Origin: Tubulanus polymorphus
Taxonomy: Eukaryota; Animalia; Nemertea
Assembly (NCBI RefSeq): GCF_964204645.1
Contig: NC_134031.1
Location: forward strand, 2,046,001-2,110,000
Direction of reading: 5' to 3'
DNA: 64,000 nucleotides
The translations under genes were made by a program, and so were the position numbers. Positions 13,934 to 28,900 of the stretch are shown piece after piece; positions within the stretch are counted from its first letter, which is position 1, and every line of letters begins with the position of its first letter. Below the pieces are notes generated by a model. The model made no database searches. It was given only the letters and a program-made list of their open reading frames with translations, and was not told where the DNA came from.

Positions 13934-16900
13934 ATTGTGGTTCAACGTGCCATTTCAACTCACATACCGCAGTAAGCTACTGATCTTCTCGACACAGCGT
14001 TTATATGATAACGCAAAGATAATTCGTTTCAATTACAGCTTTCAGCCTGTGTATTTTTTCTTCGTGATGCCGATAACTTGGTTACTTATAAACTTCTAAT
14101 GAGTCTTTGTGATAAACGTCAACCGCGTTTCGTGTTTCGAAGCAGCGACGCGTTCAGTCACGAAACAAGCCAGAGAAGTGTTGATGTTTCTTCAACTAGA
14201 ATCAGACATTTTTTTCGAGTGAAAAATTCAGACTACAGACCTTGAAGAGATAAACTTGAACAAACTCGTCCTAAATTGAGGAGAAATACTTGAGTGGATT
14301 TAACTGAAATTTTCATAAGTTTCGTCGTTAGAACCTTGTGAAATATTTGAAGACGTAGGCTGCGGAACGTTTTCTAACGTCGAGTGGTTCAACTCTCGAA
14401 CACGCGGTTGATGGGGCCTAGAACCGCTCGAAATGTGGATCACCGATGGGTAACTTTGCAAAATACTTCAGCACATCTGTGGGGATTAGATGTCAGACCC
14501 GATCGATCTATCCGTCAGAGGAAGTGCGGAGCACGCCGGTTTAAAAAGGTTGAATCAGCATCGTTTCTATTCACCTCGTTGAGACCTTCTCGTTAACTGT
14601 GTCTAATCTGAATTCTGACGTCTATAAACTTCGCTCATTTATTTACATAGATTCCTATAGATTTACGTGTATTATCTACAAACTTCATATCGATGCCTGT
14701 CGAAACAAAAAATGTCAAAACAATGGAAAAAACCAAAACAAATCGAAAAAACTTTGAAAACGTTTTGCATTCGAATGACTCAATTCCTAAAAGAAGCTTT
14801 CGAACATGGACAGCGTAAATCGCTATTGCGTATTGCGACCAGATTAAAAAGATTCGTGATGTTTCAGAAAGGGTCGTAAATAGTTATTGAGAGTTTTTCG
14901 GAGATGTTTTATCAATTCTACACGGGGTATCCACCTAGATCTTTCACAACTTTATAGAGAACTAAGTACATTTTACGGGACGCAAAGTTGAAAATTAAAT
15001 GGTTTATTGGTATTTTTGAGATATTCGGCTGCCCACTTGTACTAGGTTCGTATATTTTATTCTGGTTCTGCACCTGACAACACCGTCCGCATAGCCACAA
15101 TTCCGCGTCTATATCGGTATATTTTATACCCCGATGCGCGATACGTTGACTGCTGTTCGCGTTCTGTACTCATGTCTCGTTTGTTCCTAAACACACACGA
15201 CATTAAGATCTAATTAATGGCGTGGATGAAGCACTAGGGGATAAATCGTCTCCCCTGCGACCGACCGACCGACCGAACGCGCCCGCGTCCAAACGCATAA
15301 AAACCGACACATTAACAAGACAATGTCTCACCGCGATAAGAACCACGCATTTCAGCCCGGTTTATTTTCACACTCGGCGGCAACGGTATCATCCGCTGTG
15401 TGTTAGTTTGAGTAGCTCGTAAAAAATATACTGTTCGTCGAAACGAAGAAGTCGTTTTTGGAATGACTTTTTGGCGAAAGAGAAAGAGTGCTCTCACTTA
15501 CAAAAAAAGAAAGATAAAAATACCTTTTTCTTAAAAATGTAGAATCTCCAGCTAGAGCATTTTTTTTGAATTTTTTTTTTGAGAATATTTACTTTTTTTG
15601 GGGGGTACCGCACAAAAACGAATGATAAAAGACAAATCTTTAGGGTATAGAATGTAGCTCCAAAGCATTTTTTTATTTCTTTTTTTAAATTTGAGAACTT
15701 CACGTTTCGATGTTATCATTATTCAAATCGCGGGGCATTCATGTAGAAGTGAAAAATATAAAAATATAAGTTTTTGGAGAATTATTAGTAGGAGATGTTT
15801 TCGTGATATTCGTGTTCACCAAGAACGCATTGAATATTCGTATAATCGATACCGGTTGATACGAGAATGTCATCGAATTTTGCAATCAATGACAACTCAA
15901 AGATCGAAATCATCGCATCGACCTTCGTGTCATTTTGTTTCGATGAACAAAATGCTAGGAAGCGGCGATGAAGCTAACGCCGGCACGCGAGGTTAACATT
16001 GAAGTCTGATAATTAGCGAGCGAGTAACGTCTATTGACTCAGTGGTTGGCGTGTGTGATGTAAAGTGCTCAGTGTTCGAGCCCTCGTTGCTATGATGTTT
16101 TGATGGGACGTATATCATTTTTTTTCTGATGTAAATTCTTGGTTGTTTCATCTCGCTTGCCGATACTACCACTATCACGACGCCCCCGGTGACATCGTCG
16201 AGTGTTGAAGTATTGCCAGCATCGCGAATCGTCATCGGTAAAGAGTTCGGTACAGAGGCAGAGAGCGAACTGTAAATATTTCATTCTGAAAACAGTCATC
16301 GTCGTGACTGTAGTTGCCTTTAATTATGCATTATTAATGTTATGTGAATATGGAAGCCGAAATAGTCGGACGTAAAACTTGACAGTTCTCTAGATGTCGA
16401 CCGATAAAAAGCCTGCAGTCATTTGTACATATTCCTGTCATTTATGAAGGAAGATTTATAAGCAGTCGATATAAAGTGCGACGGGAGTTAGAGGCCAATA
16501 TCCACCAGCACAGCGGCTGCGGTCAGTTCGAGCTCATTTTGATTCCATAGCTAACCTTACTTCTTAAGTACAGTCTAAGCCCATTCTGGTTTTATAGCCA
16601 ATCCAACAACCTATGACCAGTCTAAGCTCACGTTGGTTTTATAGCAAATCTAACAACTTAAGACCAAAGTGTAAACTCATGATTCTGTAGTCAATCTGTC
16701 AACTTAAGCTCTCTTCCAATTTAACAATTCAGCCCAATTTTAGACCATTTTGAACTTCTAAACTCACGATTGTGCAACTGCACCTAGAAGTATTCTTGAA
16801 TGAAATGTGTTCGAAAATTGACACCAGGTTAATTTTTCTATTCGTCATAAGGATTCGATGTACCTTGTGAGGAGGGTGTAACTGAGCCTTCGACATCTTT

Positions 16901-18519
16901 GGTTCTCTTATCATAGAATTTGGCAAAAGCTAATAGACAAAAACGCGTTTTGTAATTAACGGATAAAGCTTGCCCGCGTTCACTCTTGTGTTGTTTGATT
17001 GCTGTCAAAATTTAACAGTTTGCTGTGTGCACGAATTACCACTCTGTGTAAAAAAGAAGACAGGCACAATTTGTTTTCTAATATCGCAACCGCTACTTAA
17101 CGTTTCGCATGTCAGCCTAATATGCCAGCGATCAATCCAATTACGTCTATTAGGGGAAACTAGATTACTTACTCGCTGGTAATTATGAGTGTATTATTTC
17201 CTCGCGGTTCATACGCACAAAAATTACCGCTAATACGTCCGCGTATATAAGATATATATGATCTTTAGGCAATTTGCATGGCTATCACGGACTCGCGACC
17301 GGCTACATATTCCGGTCCGACGATGCGTGAGCGTCCGACCTAACATACGTCCGTTCCCAGCGGAATGATGGGATTGTCCGGTTAAGACGAGTACCTAATG
17401 TCGCGTGTTGCAGTATTTTTGAGGATTGTCTTCCACGCGCGCGTTGCTACTAGTAATTTGTCGGCGTTCATAATTGAGTACGTACGATTATTTTTGTGAA
17501 CGACGGGCGCCGAGTTACGATGTTACTAGACCGTTTAACTATTTAGTAAAGCCTCGGTGAATATTGTTTAACATTGCGGATAATTTCCGCTTCCAGACAA
17601 AATGATCGACGTGCGATGAGATGAAAGCACGCCCTGGCAAACGGGGATGAATAAAAAAAAAATTTTCATTCAGACGATTAATTTCTTCTTACGATTTCGA
17701 ATCGGATGAAATTTGAATAAATTCGCTAACAGTCGTATCTCAGAAATTTGATATTTTTGGATATGACATTTCAAATTCGGTAGTTTCGGTGTTTGGTAGC
17801 TCAATATTGTCATATATATTTCAACTATATGTTCGGCCAAAATGAAAAAGCATGACTGAAATCATAATCCAGTTCCACAGTTGCGAGTTAAGATTTGAAC
17901 TAATTTTAACTCAGAGTTAATTCTTACTCATGACTGTGGAACTGGATCCACAAGCTGTAAGTATCTGTAGAATACACCAGATAGTGAAAAATAAAACCAC
18001 CCGTTTCTCTCTACAGAACATAAACCCATTGCAATAAGCTCAAATGTTTACCAAATAAGCACTGTTGTTGCACGTTTGCTAATTTAAGCGGTTTGCCCGC
18101 GGATCACTAGTCAACATCTGTTTCATTGAAACAGATTTAGCACCCATAACGCGTGGTGACAAAGGCTAGGGTCCTAAACTCTGTTCGACAGATGTGGGTC
18201 GGCATTTCGGTTTTAATTACTTGAATATTCATTCATTTGAAAATCTACTCTGAACTCAGTTCCTGGCAGAATTTTGAATTTCGGATCGAATTCTAATTTC
18301 AAATCGTAGATAATGAACTAATGTTAAAGTCGAAATAATAGACGGGCACCAGAGAGTACGAAAAGTCATCTGGAAATGAATTTCAGTTCAACAGAGATTC
18401 TGTATGGACTGATTTTCAAATGTATATTCAAGTCGAATTGAACAGAAAACAATGTGGAACTGGAATTTTATCGATCATATCGGTTGAAGGAAAAATACTT
18501 GAAATAAATGTGAACTTAC

Positions 18520-19474
18520 GGTGGTATTTTATCCATACTGTACTTGTTAGATTGACGACTCCGATGACGAAAGCGACGAAACCACAAATTATCCCGAAAA
18601 TCCGGAGTCGCACGAAGTTTTTATGTAGCCAGTATTGATATATAATCCGGTACTGGGCTTCCGTGATTTTTACTTTCTTTTTCGGTGGTTCTTGGTGCTT
18701 TTTCTTTTTCTTCGACTTGGCCGGGGGCCTGTGAGCGACCTCGTCATCGTCGTCCGATTCGTCGAGACCGTGCGTATACTGGAACGGTTTACACTCCTTT
18801 CGCGCCTTTTTGATCGGTGTCGGAACGCGGTTCTTCTCGGCGTCCTTCTCTTTCTGCTCCATGGCCTCTAAACGGCGCCGGAACGAAGCCCTCCGCTGCT
18901 GCGACCACTGCACCCATTGAGACGCAGTCCGCACACCGAGAAACAGACTCGACCGAACTGACGATCTCGCCGAGTCCTGCCTGTCGCCTAGTTCTCCCGG
19001 TGACGGAGAACGGCTACCCCGACGCTGGTACTTATCCCATTCAGGATCTAATTCCATTCGTTTCGCTGGCTTATCCAACTGTGTTACCGAATTACGTTGC
19101 GCGAAAAGATCATCGAAATTTGGCTGGTTATTGGAACGCTCCTCCTCATCGGCGGCATACGCAGCGTGTACAGTTGCATCGGCAGCATCACTTTTGTATC
19201 GTTCAACCGAGTCGCTTCGCTCGATGCTCGGTCGACCGTTCGACTGTCTGGGGCTGCTATCTACACCGCTAGTGCCGGGCCGAGGCTCGTCGTAGTCGAA
19301 CGAAGACACGCCTGAAGGCGGCAGAGTTCCGATGCCGCTGCTTTCCCCGCTGCTCTGGTGCAACAACTGAAGCTCTTTCGGTCCGGGACGCAGTCGTTCG
19401 GGTGCCGGCACGATCTCGTTTTGTCGATCCCGCAGTGAAGGCGTCCTGCCGCGATCCATATCGTTATCGCCCGC
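18520..19474 (-). CDS. Large coding exon of a claudin/PMP22-like (tetraspan) membrane protein: long disordered cytoplasmic N-terminus + TM1
   Basis: Lies within ORF 18428-19480. Acceptor TCTTTTGCAG|GCG (phase 0), donor CAC C|GTAAGT (phase 1). An S/R/E/K-rich region is followed by LRIFGIICGFVAFVIGVVNLTSTVWIKYH, i.e. a TM followed by the S/T-x-x-W typical of claudin-superfamily TM1. The family call rests on this motif only; downstream exons were not found in the window. Confidence 0.8.
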
Positions 19475-19906
19475 CTGCAAAAGATTACATATCGTTCATA
19501 TTTATATCGAGTTTATTTAAGCAATCAAAAACCCGACGCGTCTCCAGTTCTCTGCCAATCTATTTCACTGGAGCCGTCGGCGCAAACTGCAAACCGTTAT
19601 TAATCACTATAAAATAATACTCTCGATTATTTGAATAATTCAACGGTTACGAACATTAACGCTCTATTATCTATTGTTTCAGCGCTTTTGGAAGCCGCGG
19701 TTCACTGCAGCGAGCCGCGCTCTTTCCATACACAGCGAAAAACGCCGCATGCAACAGATGCATGTAATATATGTAAAACCGGCGTCTCGCTCAGCGCGTA
19801 CGCATTTCAAGGGTATCAATCGAAATCCAAACCGTACACGTCACATTACGATTCATTTGAATGAGGGAATGTAAAAAAATCATGTTTCGTATCGGAGACA
19901 AAAACA

Positions 19907-20182
<276 letters not shown>

Positions 20183-21027
20183 TCGAGAGCCATTGACGAA
20201 ATACTGTTCGTGTAATGCAATACGATAGCATAGGAAAAATCGCACAATAAGGAAGAAAAAGAGTCTGAAAAGCTTTCCTTTCAGTTAATGATTTATTCAT
20301 CTATTTCACTAGTCCGATCATCTTCTTTCTTAGATTTGGATTTGTCTATATCATGGAGATTTTATAAAAAGGTACAATATTGACTTTGTAAGAACGGTTG
20401 ATATTTCTATCGAAAGTATCAAGAGTTTTTAGCGTGATGAATCTGACTAATGATGCAGTTTCTACAGTGATATTCGCGCCGAAAACTGCGTCTCTTTTTT
20501 AACATAACTGAAACCCCCTGCTGAAATATGTCAGGAATCGAAACTGAAATTACCTTTTTCGTCGGTCGTCTTACGATTACTATTGAAGACAATATTTACG
20601 AAGCTAGAATTCGCGTGCGAATTTTTTACATATTCTTATATAATCCCGCGTGTCCAAATCCTGCCTAATCCAGTTTCGACTCTGCACCAAATATTTTCGA
20701 TGCTATATCCACGAATACTGTAGCATGTAAACGCTGGTTGTTGTAGCGATCTACCCCAGGACGCGCCAGGTGCTTGCCGAATGAAATCAGGTGAGCTTAT
20801 GCAAATTTAGGCCATTTAACAGTAAATATTGCGGCTCGTTATTCAGACATATTGAAACAATAGATGATTTTTGTATCACGATATGAATTGTATGATGGTT
20901 CCACGGAGGAGTCCCACATTTGACTCGCTCTATACTTTTCATCTGTTTATATTTGAGAGTGCACAGTGAATGTGGCGTGGATGCTTCAGGACCCACAGAT
21001 TCTCAAACGATTTCAACTCTCTGAAGT

Positions 21028-21028
<1 letters not shown>

Positions 21029-21080
<52 letters not shown>
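21029..21080. repeat. (GATT)13 microsatellite
   Basis: Direct reading. Confidence 0.95.
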
Positions 21081-21082
<2 letters not shown>

Positions 21083-24000
21083 CTTCGTCAATTCCTTTTA
21101 TCCCTAATCGATAGACTGACCCATGGTCACTTAGTGCAGCCTCATTATTTTGTTACATTTCTCCAAAGTGTAGTAATAAATTATCATTATAATCATTATT
21201 ACAAAAATGATATAACTTTCACTCTTAAAACAAACTAACAGATTATCGCGCATATAAAATGCCCTCGGGCAAAACTTCAATTAAGTCCTTTTACATTAGG
21301 ATCGGACGACAGCTTGGCGCCGATTCTATTGAAAATACCGGCGGTTCGAGTCCCACTTAATTTTATGACGTGAAAAACAGTCCGGGCCCTATTCCCGTTC
21401 AGATGACGTACATTTCTATTGGACCCGATCAACAGGCGCGTGTGACGTCACGATATTCGATATTTTACTCGTGTATGTCGTTGTGACGTTACTGGGTGTT
21501 GATGTTAGTCGGAGTTTGTTCGCCATCTATTGGTTCGCGATGCAATTAAACTCACAGCCACGATTCAAACATCGTTCCCGCAACTAAAACGCAACGATTT
21601 CCAGAAATCGCTAGGTGATAGGAAACTCAAAGTCGAAGTTCGGACAAACTTGATGTTGATAAAATTTCAAAACGACGACAGACACTTAATATTAACATCT
21701 AGTTAATTGGAAAAACATTGGGACTCGAGAATAGTAACGACTGAAGCAATTTAACGACTCATCTGATGATGGTTTAAGCTAGCTTGATTGAACCTGTATT
21801 CCTATGAAATCATTAATTTTGAAATTCACAATTTTCTGGCGGATATTGATGATTAACAAGAACATATATTATCAAAACATTGATTTTTGATATTCTCGAT
21901 TTTTGATACAAATTGATTTATAAGTACATTTTCCTTCGATATGATAAAGGCAATATCGAGCACAACATAATTTTGTCGAACTTGAGGAGACAAAATATTT
22001 AATTCTAAACTAGAATTCCCAGATATAAATTTACAAATACACATGACGTATTTCCAATGAATTACCAATTTCGTAGAAAAAAATCAGATTGTTATAGAAA
22101 TAATTATTTATGTGGCCTGGTTCATTTCAAAAATCGAATAAAGAACGAGGAATTTAGCCATAACTCATGCTTCACGCTAGAAAACTTCATTCACATCTGG
22201 CCATTTTCGCCTTACAAAAATAAACGTGCTGCCTACAAATTTCAACCGTTGCGCGATCATCGAAACAACCGTTCGTTATTAGATATAATACAATGATATC
22301 GTTAACATATTTCGAGAGGGAACACGTGTTGTTTTTTTCGGGGCGAGTTTTAATATCGGGTTTTATGTCTGTATATATGAGTTATGAATACGGTTGACTG
22401 GCGGCTTGGTCGCCTCCACCGCTCGTTAACGTTTTTTTTTTAATTGCTCGCAGATGCGAAACCGAATGTCAACATTTGTTCTTTCAATTTCGCATTTGCG
22501 CCCGCTTCGAGAGTGTCGTTTGTCGTTAATGGCATTGGCCTGACGCCGCAGCAAATGCAAAAAGTGCCATCCTTATATCAATCCAAGAATATATTTGGCG
22601 GGGAGCCGCACACCAGATGGCGTAGCAATACACTCAGTAAAGTAGCGAAGAGTAGATCATTTCATATTATGAACTTTGAACTGGAATTTAGGGCTCCCAA
22701 ATAGAAATGTTGTCATCACATTAGATATAAGATTTTCCAATGAGAATATGGTACAGTTTTACTGGAAATTGATTTACTAATGAAAAATATTGATTCGAAT
22801 TTGAAAGAAATTTTAAGCGCGGTAACCGAGTAACCACTAGCGAACCTGGCGGATCCTCGCCTGCCATACGTGGAATCCTCGATTGCCACAGTAGCGGTGC
22901 CGGCACTCCATATACGGAATTTCTTTCCCTTCATATGTGATCTTTTCCAGCTCAGAGAAAATGACCTAGAGGAAAAGCGATCTATGATAATGCGAGCGTA
23001 TGCGTGAATATCATTGTGGAAGCGACCTCACTGATTAACATCTCAAGGGAATATCGGCTGTTTGCTGTTTGTTGTTGTTATGTTTGAATATACCGCTACG
23101 ATGCCGTCCTCGTAATCGGGCCATTTCTTCCCGAATCTGGAAACTCATTTTCTTTTCTAATGAGCTCTGGGTAGTTATGGTAATTCCGTTGATCCCCAGG
23201 GCCGATACAAATTGCTTTAATTATTTCCTACACGGGGATTAGTTCCGATTTCTTCGTATAAACAGGAAGAAAAAGAGTCGAAGATGATGACACTATAAAC
23301 GAATTATAACAGGAACCATACGGAGAATGTTCAAAACAAAAAAATGCATTTAAAGTAAACAAATATCGAGCAAGGACCCCCTCCCCTTCTTAGATTCGAC
23401 CTTCACATTCAACATTCACTACATATTTGAATCAACACGAATATGTGTATCTAATATTTTGTCAACGCTTAGATTCAAGACCAGTTATGGTTCCATAGAC
23501 AATCTAACAATCTTAAGACCACTTTATTTTAGTCAAGCAAAAGCTCATTTTAGTTCTATGACCGATCCCCGCGCCAATCGAACAACTTGTGACCACTTGA
23601 AGTTCATTTTAGTTAACCAATTTGGTACTTAAGACCAGTTTGAGCTAATTTCGGTTCTTAATAACCAAATATTATATCTTCGAAATTCAAGACACAGCTT
23701 TGGACTTTTACAGCCCTTTAATTAAGTGTGGTCAACTCATGTCGATAACCGTCAATCTTCCATGGACTATGATGTATGTAACTGCCTGTCGGGCTCTCTC
23801 GAGTAACGTGACTGTAAATCGGCTTTCTTGCGCAGATTCTGCAATGCACGACACAATTAAAACACTCCGTAAATAAAGGTAAATATCGAGAAGTGGAAAC
23901 CGGTTACACAAGCACCGTCCTGAACGAGAGAACTGCAACGGAGATTCGGGGCCGGGTCTCTCTTAAAAACAGCTTCCACGGTAGCCACTAACGACCATAG

Positions 24001-25408
24001 TGTTTCCACCTGTTTTGTTTGACGAAGGGTCTAAATACCCAAACTTTTTTCACCAAAAAGACGTGTTCATTGTCTCCTATCTGGAATCTGTGGTCCACAT
24101 TGTGGTCTGCGTTCACAGATTGTTGTCGTGGAAAATTGCAAGGGACAGCTGGTTTCGGCATCGATATTACAACAGCAATATAAACCACATAGCGAAAAAC
24201 AAATGACAATCACTGCAGCGCTGTTCGGACGTTCATCATGTCAAGCAGAAAATTCATGTCGACAGCGAAAAGAGAATCGTTGCATATACACGACTGAGCG
24301 CTGAGCCAGAGACTAATATTCGACCTCAACATCAGCGAGCAAGTGCTACAGTATTCATGAGACATGACTGTAAGTGTGTCGACAAAAAAACCGGTTAAAG
24401 CAAATATACGACGCGTAATATAATAGCGCGCGAAACGTCAAGGCGATGTGGAGAACAAGTTTGAGAATATTTCGCTATTAACCGCATTATGGTCGTTGTA
24501 TCGTTACATGAAATCATTATGGAATAGAGCGTCGTCAGTGAATATCGAAATCATTAGATTTACATGTATACTTTTCGCGCTGATAGATAAATTCTGACCC
24601 AAATATCTGAATTCATTAGTCAAGGTTTCTGCCGATTCAATTCGTTTTTCTAAGGAAATCATTCGTACAAACAAAAAAACAGAATTAGTTCAGTCGAAAC
24701 ATCTTCGTTGTTCGTAGTTCTCTTTGAACAGTTTTTAATACTCTCAAAAAGATGAATTAGTAGATTTAAACCACATCTAAAAAAACCATCTTACCGACTT
24801 ACCGTAAATGTATCTAGCTCATGACTGTCCTGTCGACAGGAGTGAGTTGGATTCGGTGAGACACTTAGTTGTTCGCATTAGTCAGAATTCCATCCTGATA
24901 CGTGAATTTATGACGATACAAACCGGCTTATTGTTCGGCATTACCGACACCGATCGCGGTGTTGCTTCCTCGTGTCAGTTTATTCACCGCGGTTCACGCG
25001 TTCTTACCGGTGAAACGATGACAAATACATACGAAATATTCAACATATTCGGTAACGGTTAATTTGCCAACGCTGCCGAGTTAAAGAGCGCGGCTGTCGG
25101 GAGGAGCACAGGCTATTGCGCGGTATTAAGGCGAATGCGTTGATGCGCAGTCATACCTATGTGTTTCCCTAGACAGTAACGAGGATTTGCTTTATAGCTG
25201 AGCGGCCATAAATTCTCGCGACGAATCAGAATTTTTGCTTGCCGGCACACACGAGAGATTGAATAAATATAATAAACATTACATATATTTATGTAGGCAC
25301 ATGCATAATTTTAAGGCGATGCAAATTGGTCCCGCATGAAATCTATATATACCCTATACTAGTTTAAAGTATATTGTTCTATATGAGATTAAAAATGAAA
25401 CGACTTAC

Positions 25409-25426
25409 ATCTGATTGAAGCGTAGG
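25409..25426 (-). CDS. Candidate 18-nt in-frame microexon (PTLQSD)
   Basis: TTGCTAAAATCTACAG|CCTACGCTTCAATCAGAT|GTAAGTCG; phase 0-0 inside a phase-0 intron. Confidence 0.45.
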
Positions 25427-25845
25427 CTGTAGATTTTAGCAATTTCAATCTTCGCCCACGCAAGCAATAAATGGATTTTTTTATTTTCTAATAATCCCGC
25501 GGCCTAGCTGTTATCGTGCAGCCGGGGCTTAGTTTTGAAACCGCAGGAATCCATTGCAAGGAAAGACTTGAAGTTCCATAAGTCGTGGTAATTAATGAAG
25601 TTTTAACGGCATATCGGCCGTGTTCTGCGAAACGGGTCCCGCTTAGAAACAGACTAGGATCATTTTTGTTTTTGCAAGCAATCTAACATCACACTAAGTC
25701 AACGTTCGTTCCCATTCCAATCCTAGATCTATATACGACCATTTCAGAAAAAGCAACAATCTTTGAACATGAAGGTTTGCTTATAAGATTAACGACAATT
25801 TAAAAAAACAATCTTTGAACGTGAAGGATTGCTTATATAACTTAC

Positions 25846-25950
25846 ATCATTTACCGGAAGTGTCCCATCCGCCATATTGTCATCTTTAGCCTGGTTTGGT
25901 TCTTCCGGTGGCTCGTCGTCGCCAGTTAGTTTATCGAGTACGGCGCCCAT
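25846..25950 (-). CDS. First coding exon of the long claudin-like isoform (MGAVLDKLTGDDEPPEEPNQAKDDNMADGTLPVND); not in ORF track
   Basis: Exon 26023-25846 is bounded by the strong acceptor TTTTCATTTCTCTTCAG and donor GAT|GTAAGT. ATG is in Kozak-like ATCATGG. 35 codons, phase 0, joining in frame to the 19474 exon. Confidence 0.72.
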
Positions 25951-28900
25951 GATGCAGTTTTATCTAGTATATATGTATATATGTTTATGACACGAATTCA
26001 ATCAATTCTGTTCAGCTGAGAATCTGAAGAGAAATGAAAATATAGAAACAACTCAATTAAGGCATCAAACGTAAGATCAATAAAGGCGCACAAACCACCA
26101 AAGACGAGTTTGCCTTTTATGTCGAGAAAAATCATAAACCTTTGAAACTTGTTCATATACAAAAGATGGTCACATCCTTAAACCCCCAATGACATCACTG
26201 ATACCACAATGGTATGAAACTTTTTTTCAACTGGGTAATGGATGTTCGATATCAAAATCCTCGTCCATGGAAAGGTTTTTAAGCCTAAAACGGTTAAGTT
26301 TGAATTGTTGTCCTCATCGAAAATGTGAAGTAAAGAATACATGAATTAACATTTGAATTAAACTCCGTGAAACTGGACTATGGGTAGTTCTGTGACGTCA
26401 AAGGTGGATTTATGGAGACGCTGGCCATATTTGGCCATATTTGGGCCAAAGTGTTAATGTAGGCTACATGTACGTAGGCGCATTCCTATCGACGTTAAAT
26501 AGCAGGGGACGACGCGATAATAAATCTTATGTCGCCATATTTACCAGTCATCAGTAACGTGAGAAGAGTAGCAATTTATTCTTTCTGTTTCATGTGGATT
26601 TTCTACGCGTTGAGCCGGACACAACGCAGACGACACTCGCGCGCGCACGCATATAATAATAACACCCATTTACCCCAATCTATTCCAACATCGTCGCCGC
26701 TGCTGCTTCCCGGAGATTAGTCTAACGCGATAATCAGATAGATATAAAGACGTTTCCAATTATTCGCGCGTTTGTTGAAGTGTTTTCTGAAACTAATGGC
26801 AATTGATTTCTCCCCAAGGTCACCAGTCGATATGAACGCGTGCATACTCTGATGAGATTTCTGTGTTACTCTTTAAGATAAACTCTTCTCTACGTGCATT
26901 ATTCCTATCAACATTCAAATAGCTCTTTGATAAGCTTCAGTAATTGCTGTATCGTTAATGATTTGCCATTTCGCCTCTCTTACTTTTTGGTGGATATCGG
27001 AGGCTTATTGTCGGTTTTAAGAAAGTGGTTACAACTAACAGAGTAAAATTGCCACCATTTATAATAAACTTTCTTTATGTTTCGAAATATGTTTTTTAGG
27101 GTGTTTCTTTTATTTCTTAGGGTAAATCGCTAGTCGGACGGGAAAGGAAGTTTTGAGAGCGAATCTTAGCTCGGCTCTTTCAACAACTGAAAAGTTTTCT
27201 ATTTCATATATCGTAATAATGTACAAAGCATTTTGTGATCATATAGAAAGGTCGAACCAGCACCGAGAAGGGATGATGAGAAAGATAAAGTAGATTTTGA
27301 ATTCAGCATCCACATGACTCACCGCACCAAACATCCTTTACGAAAATCGGTTTCGTTGTATGAGTTCTGTGTATCGGTGCACACAGAGCCTATCCTCGTC
27401 ACCCGGAAGCTTTACACGCCGCACCACAAGCGCGTCGATGTCATTATAAGGACAAATGTGCATACGTCTCTATATACATATATCGCCAAACTATGTTTTC
27501 GCAAACGAAAAACGAACGCGTCACTGACGCAATTAGCGCATGTATATATGCATTTATTTCACTGCGTAATTTTCGTCAACAGCTGATAATTACAATTCGC
27601 TGCGAACCGCTACCGTTATAGTTATAAATACGGCGTAGTGTCGCGTTCTATGCACCATCCAATCCATCCGTCGGATCATCTGACCCGGCTCGATTTACTA
27701 ATAGAAATTATAAATGACAGTTCATATTTCGCATATAGTAAGCGTATAGGGATGCATACACACACCCACTGATATCCATGATGATCGACGACCATCGCGC
27801 ACTTGTTTGTCGTTACGGATTCAGAGTATGTCCCGGCACCGACAGATCCATTATGATAATCGACGCATTCATATATCTTCAAGCTTTTAATATCGGTATC
27901 CGGGTGGGAAAAACAGCGCTGCTCTCCGTCGCTAGGCCGAAGTGGTGTGCGCGACAAGTCGACAAAAGTCATCTAAATGCCGTAAATAGAACGAGAATGC
28001 GGCAGCCAGTTTTTGCTAAGTGAAAATGGATTTGTAGTGGTCCTTGTGCCGCGTACCGAATCGCATATCGGGAACAAGACGTAAATACTAGATTGCTGGA
28101 AGACGCTGAGATGGAAACAGTCATTTTGTTCGCGAGATCGGCCCAAACAAATGCAAAAATATCCCTTTGTCGTTAAATGAAATTCTTATTTTCAGATCGC
28201 TTGCGCTGAGGAAATAGGCAAGATTCGATCCATTCCGTAAATAAGCAAATCTCTACTGATTTTAATAATTCATCTGTGATAATATAAGAGCGCTTACGTG
28301 TACGCCGTGACCCGCGCAACCGGTTACCGAAAGTGTTCCCGGGTTCATATCTTACTCAACAAAATATACTTATATATGATATCTCCGAAAAGACACTTAT
28401 CGAAATAGCCGCGATGATTTTATATAGAATATTATAGAGCATATTGCAACGCGACGAGCGCCACGCAAAATTGTGCAGAATAAAATCTCATTAGATAGAC
28501 CAGTCAGGCGCCCGTCTTATTTACATATGGTTATTAAGCAAAAGGCAAATATATGACACTTGGGGACAATTTCTGATCTGATATGCGAACAGTTTTCCAA
28601 CGACTGCTATACTAGTGTTCATTAGTGGCGATGTAGGTTTCAAATACAACCCACACATATTCTTCTGATTCTTACCAATCATTAATTGTATATACATCAT
28701 GAGTTGTCCATCCCTAACTGTTGAACCGATCTCACGTACCCGGCCACCCCTAACTGTGTTTACTATACAGCGGCCGTTTTAGATTAGGCGAATTTCGTCG
28801 GCGAATTCGGTGAAAAAAATACATGTTATCGTTTATCAGCGACGAATTTGTGGGGCGAACTTATCTACGCCGAATTCGTCTAATAGTGTCAACCTTGGTC

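Noticed and set aside
14918-15110. AELWLCGRCCQ as the claudin GLWxxC exon following 18520
   Set aside because: Phase-compatible, but the acceptor lacks a pyrimidine tract, the donor is weak, the Gly is absent, and no TM2-4 exons follow.
18635-19315. Plus-strand ORFs over the large claudin-like exon (and 33929-34129, 36748-36954, 38258-38479)
   Set aside because: Antisense shadows of real coding exons.
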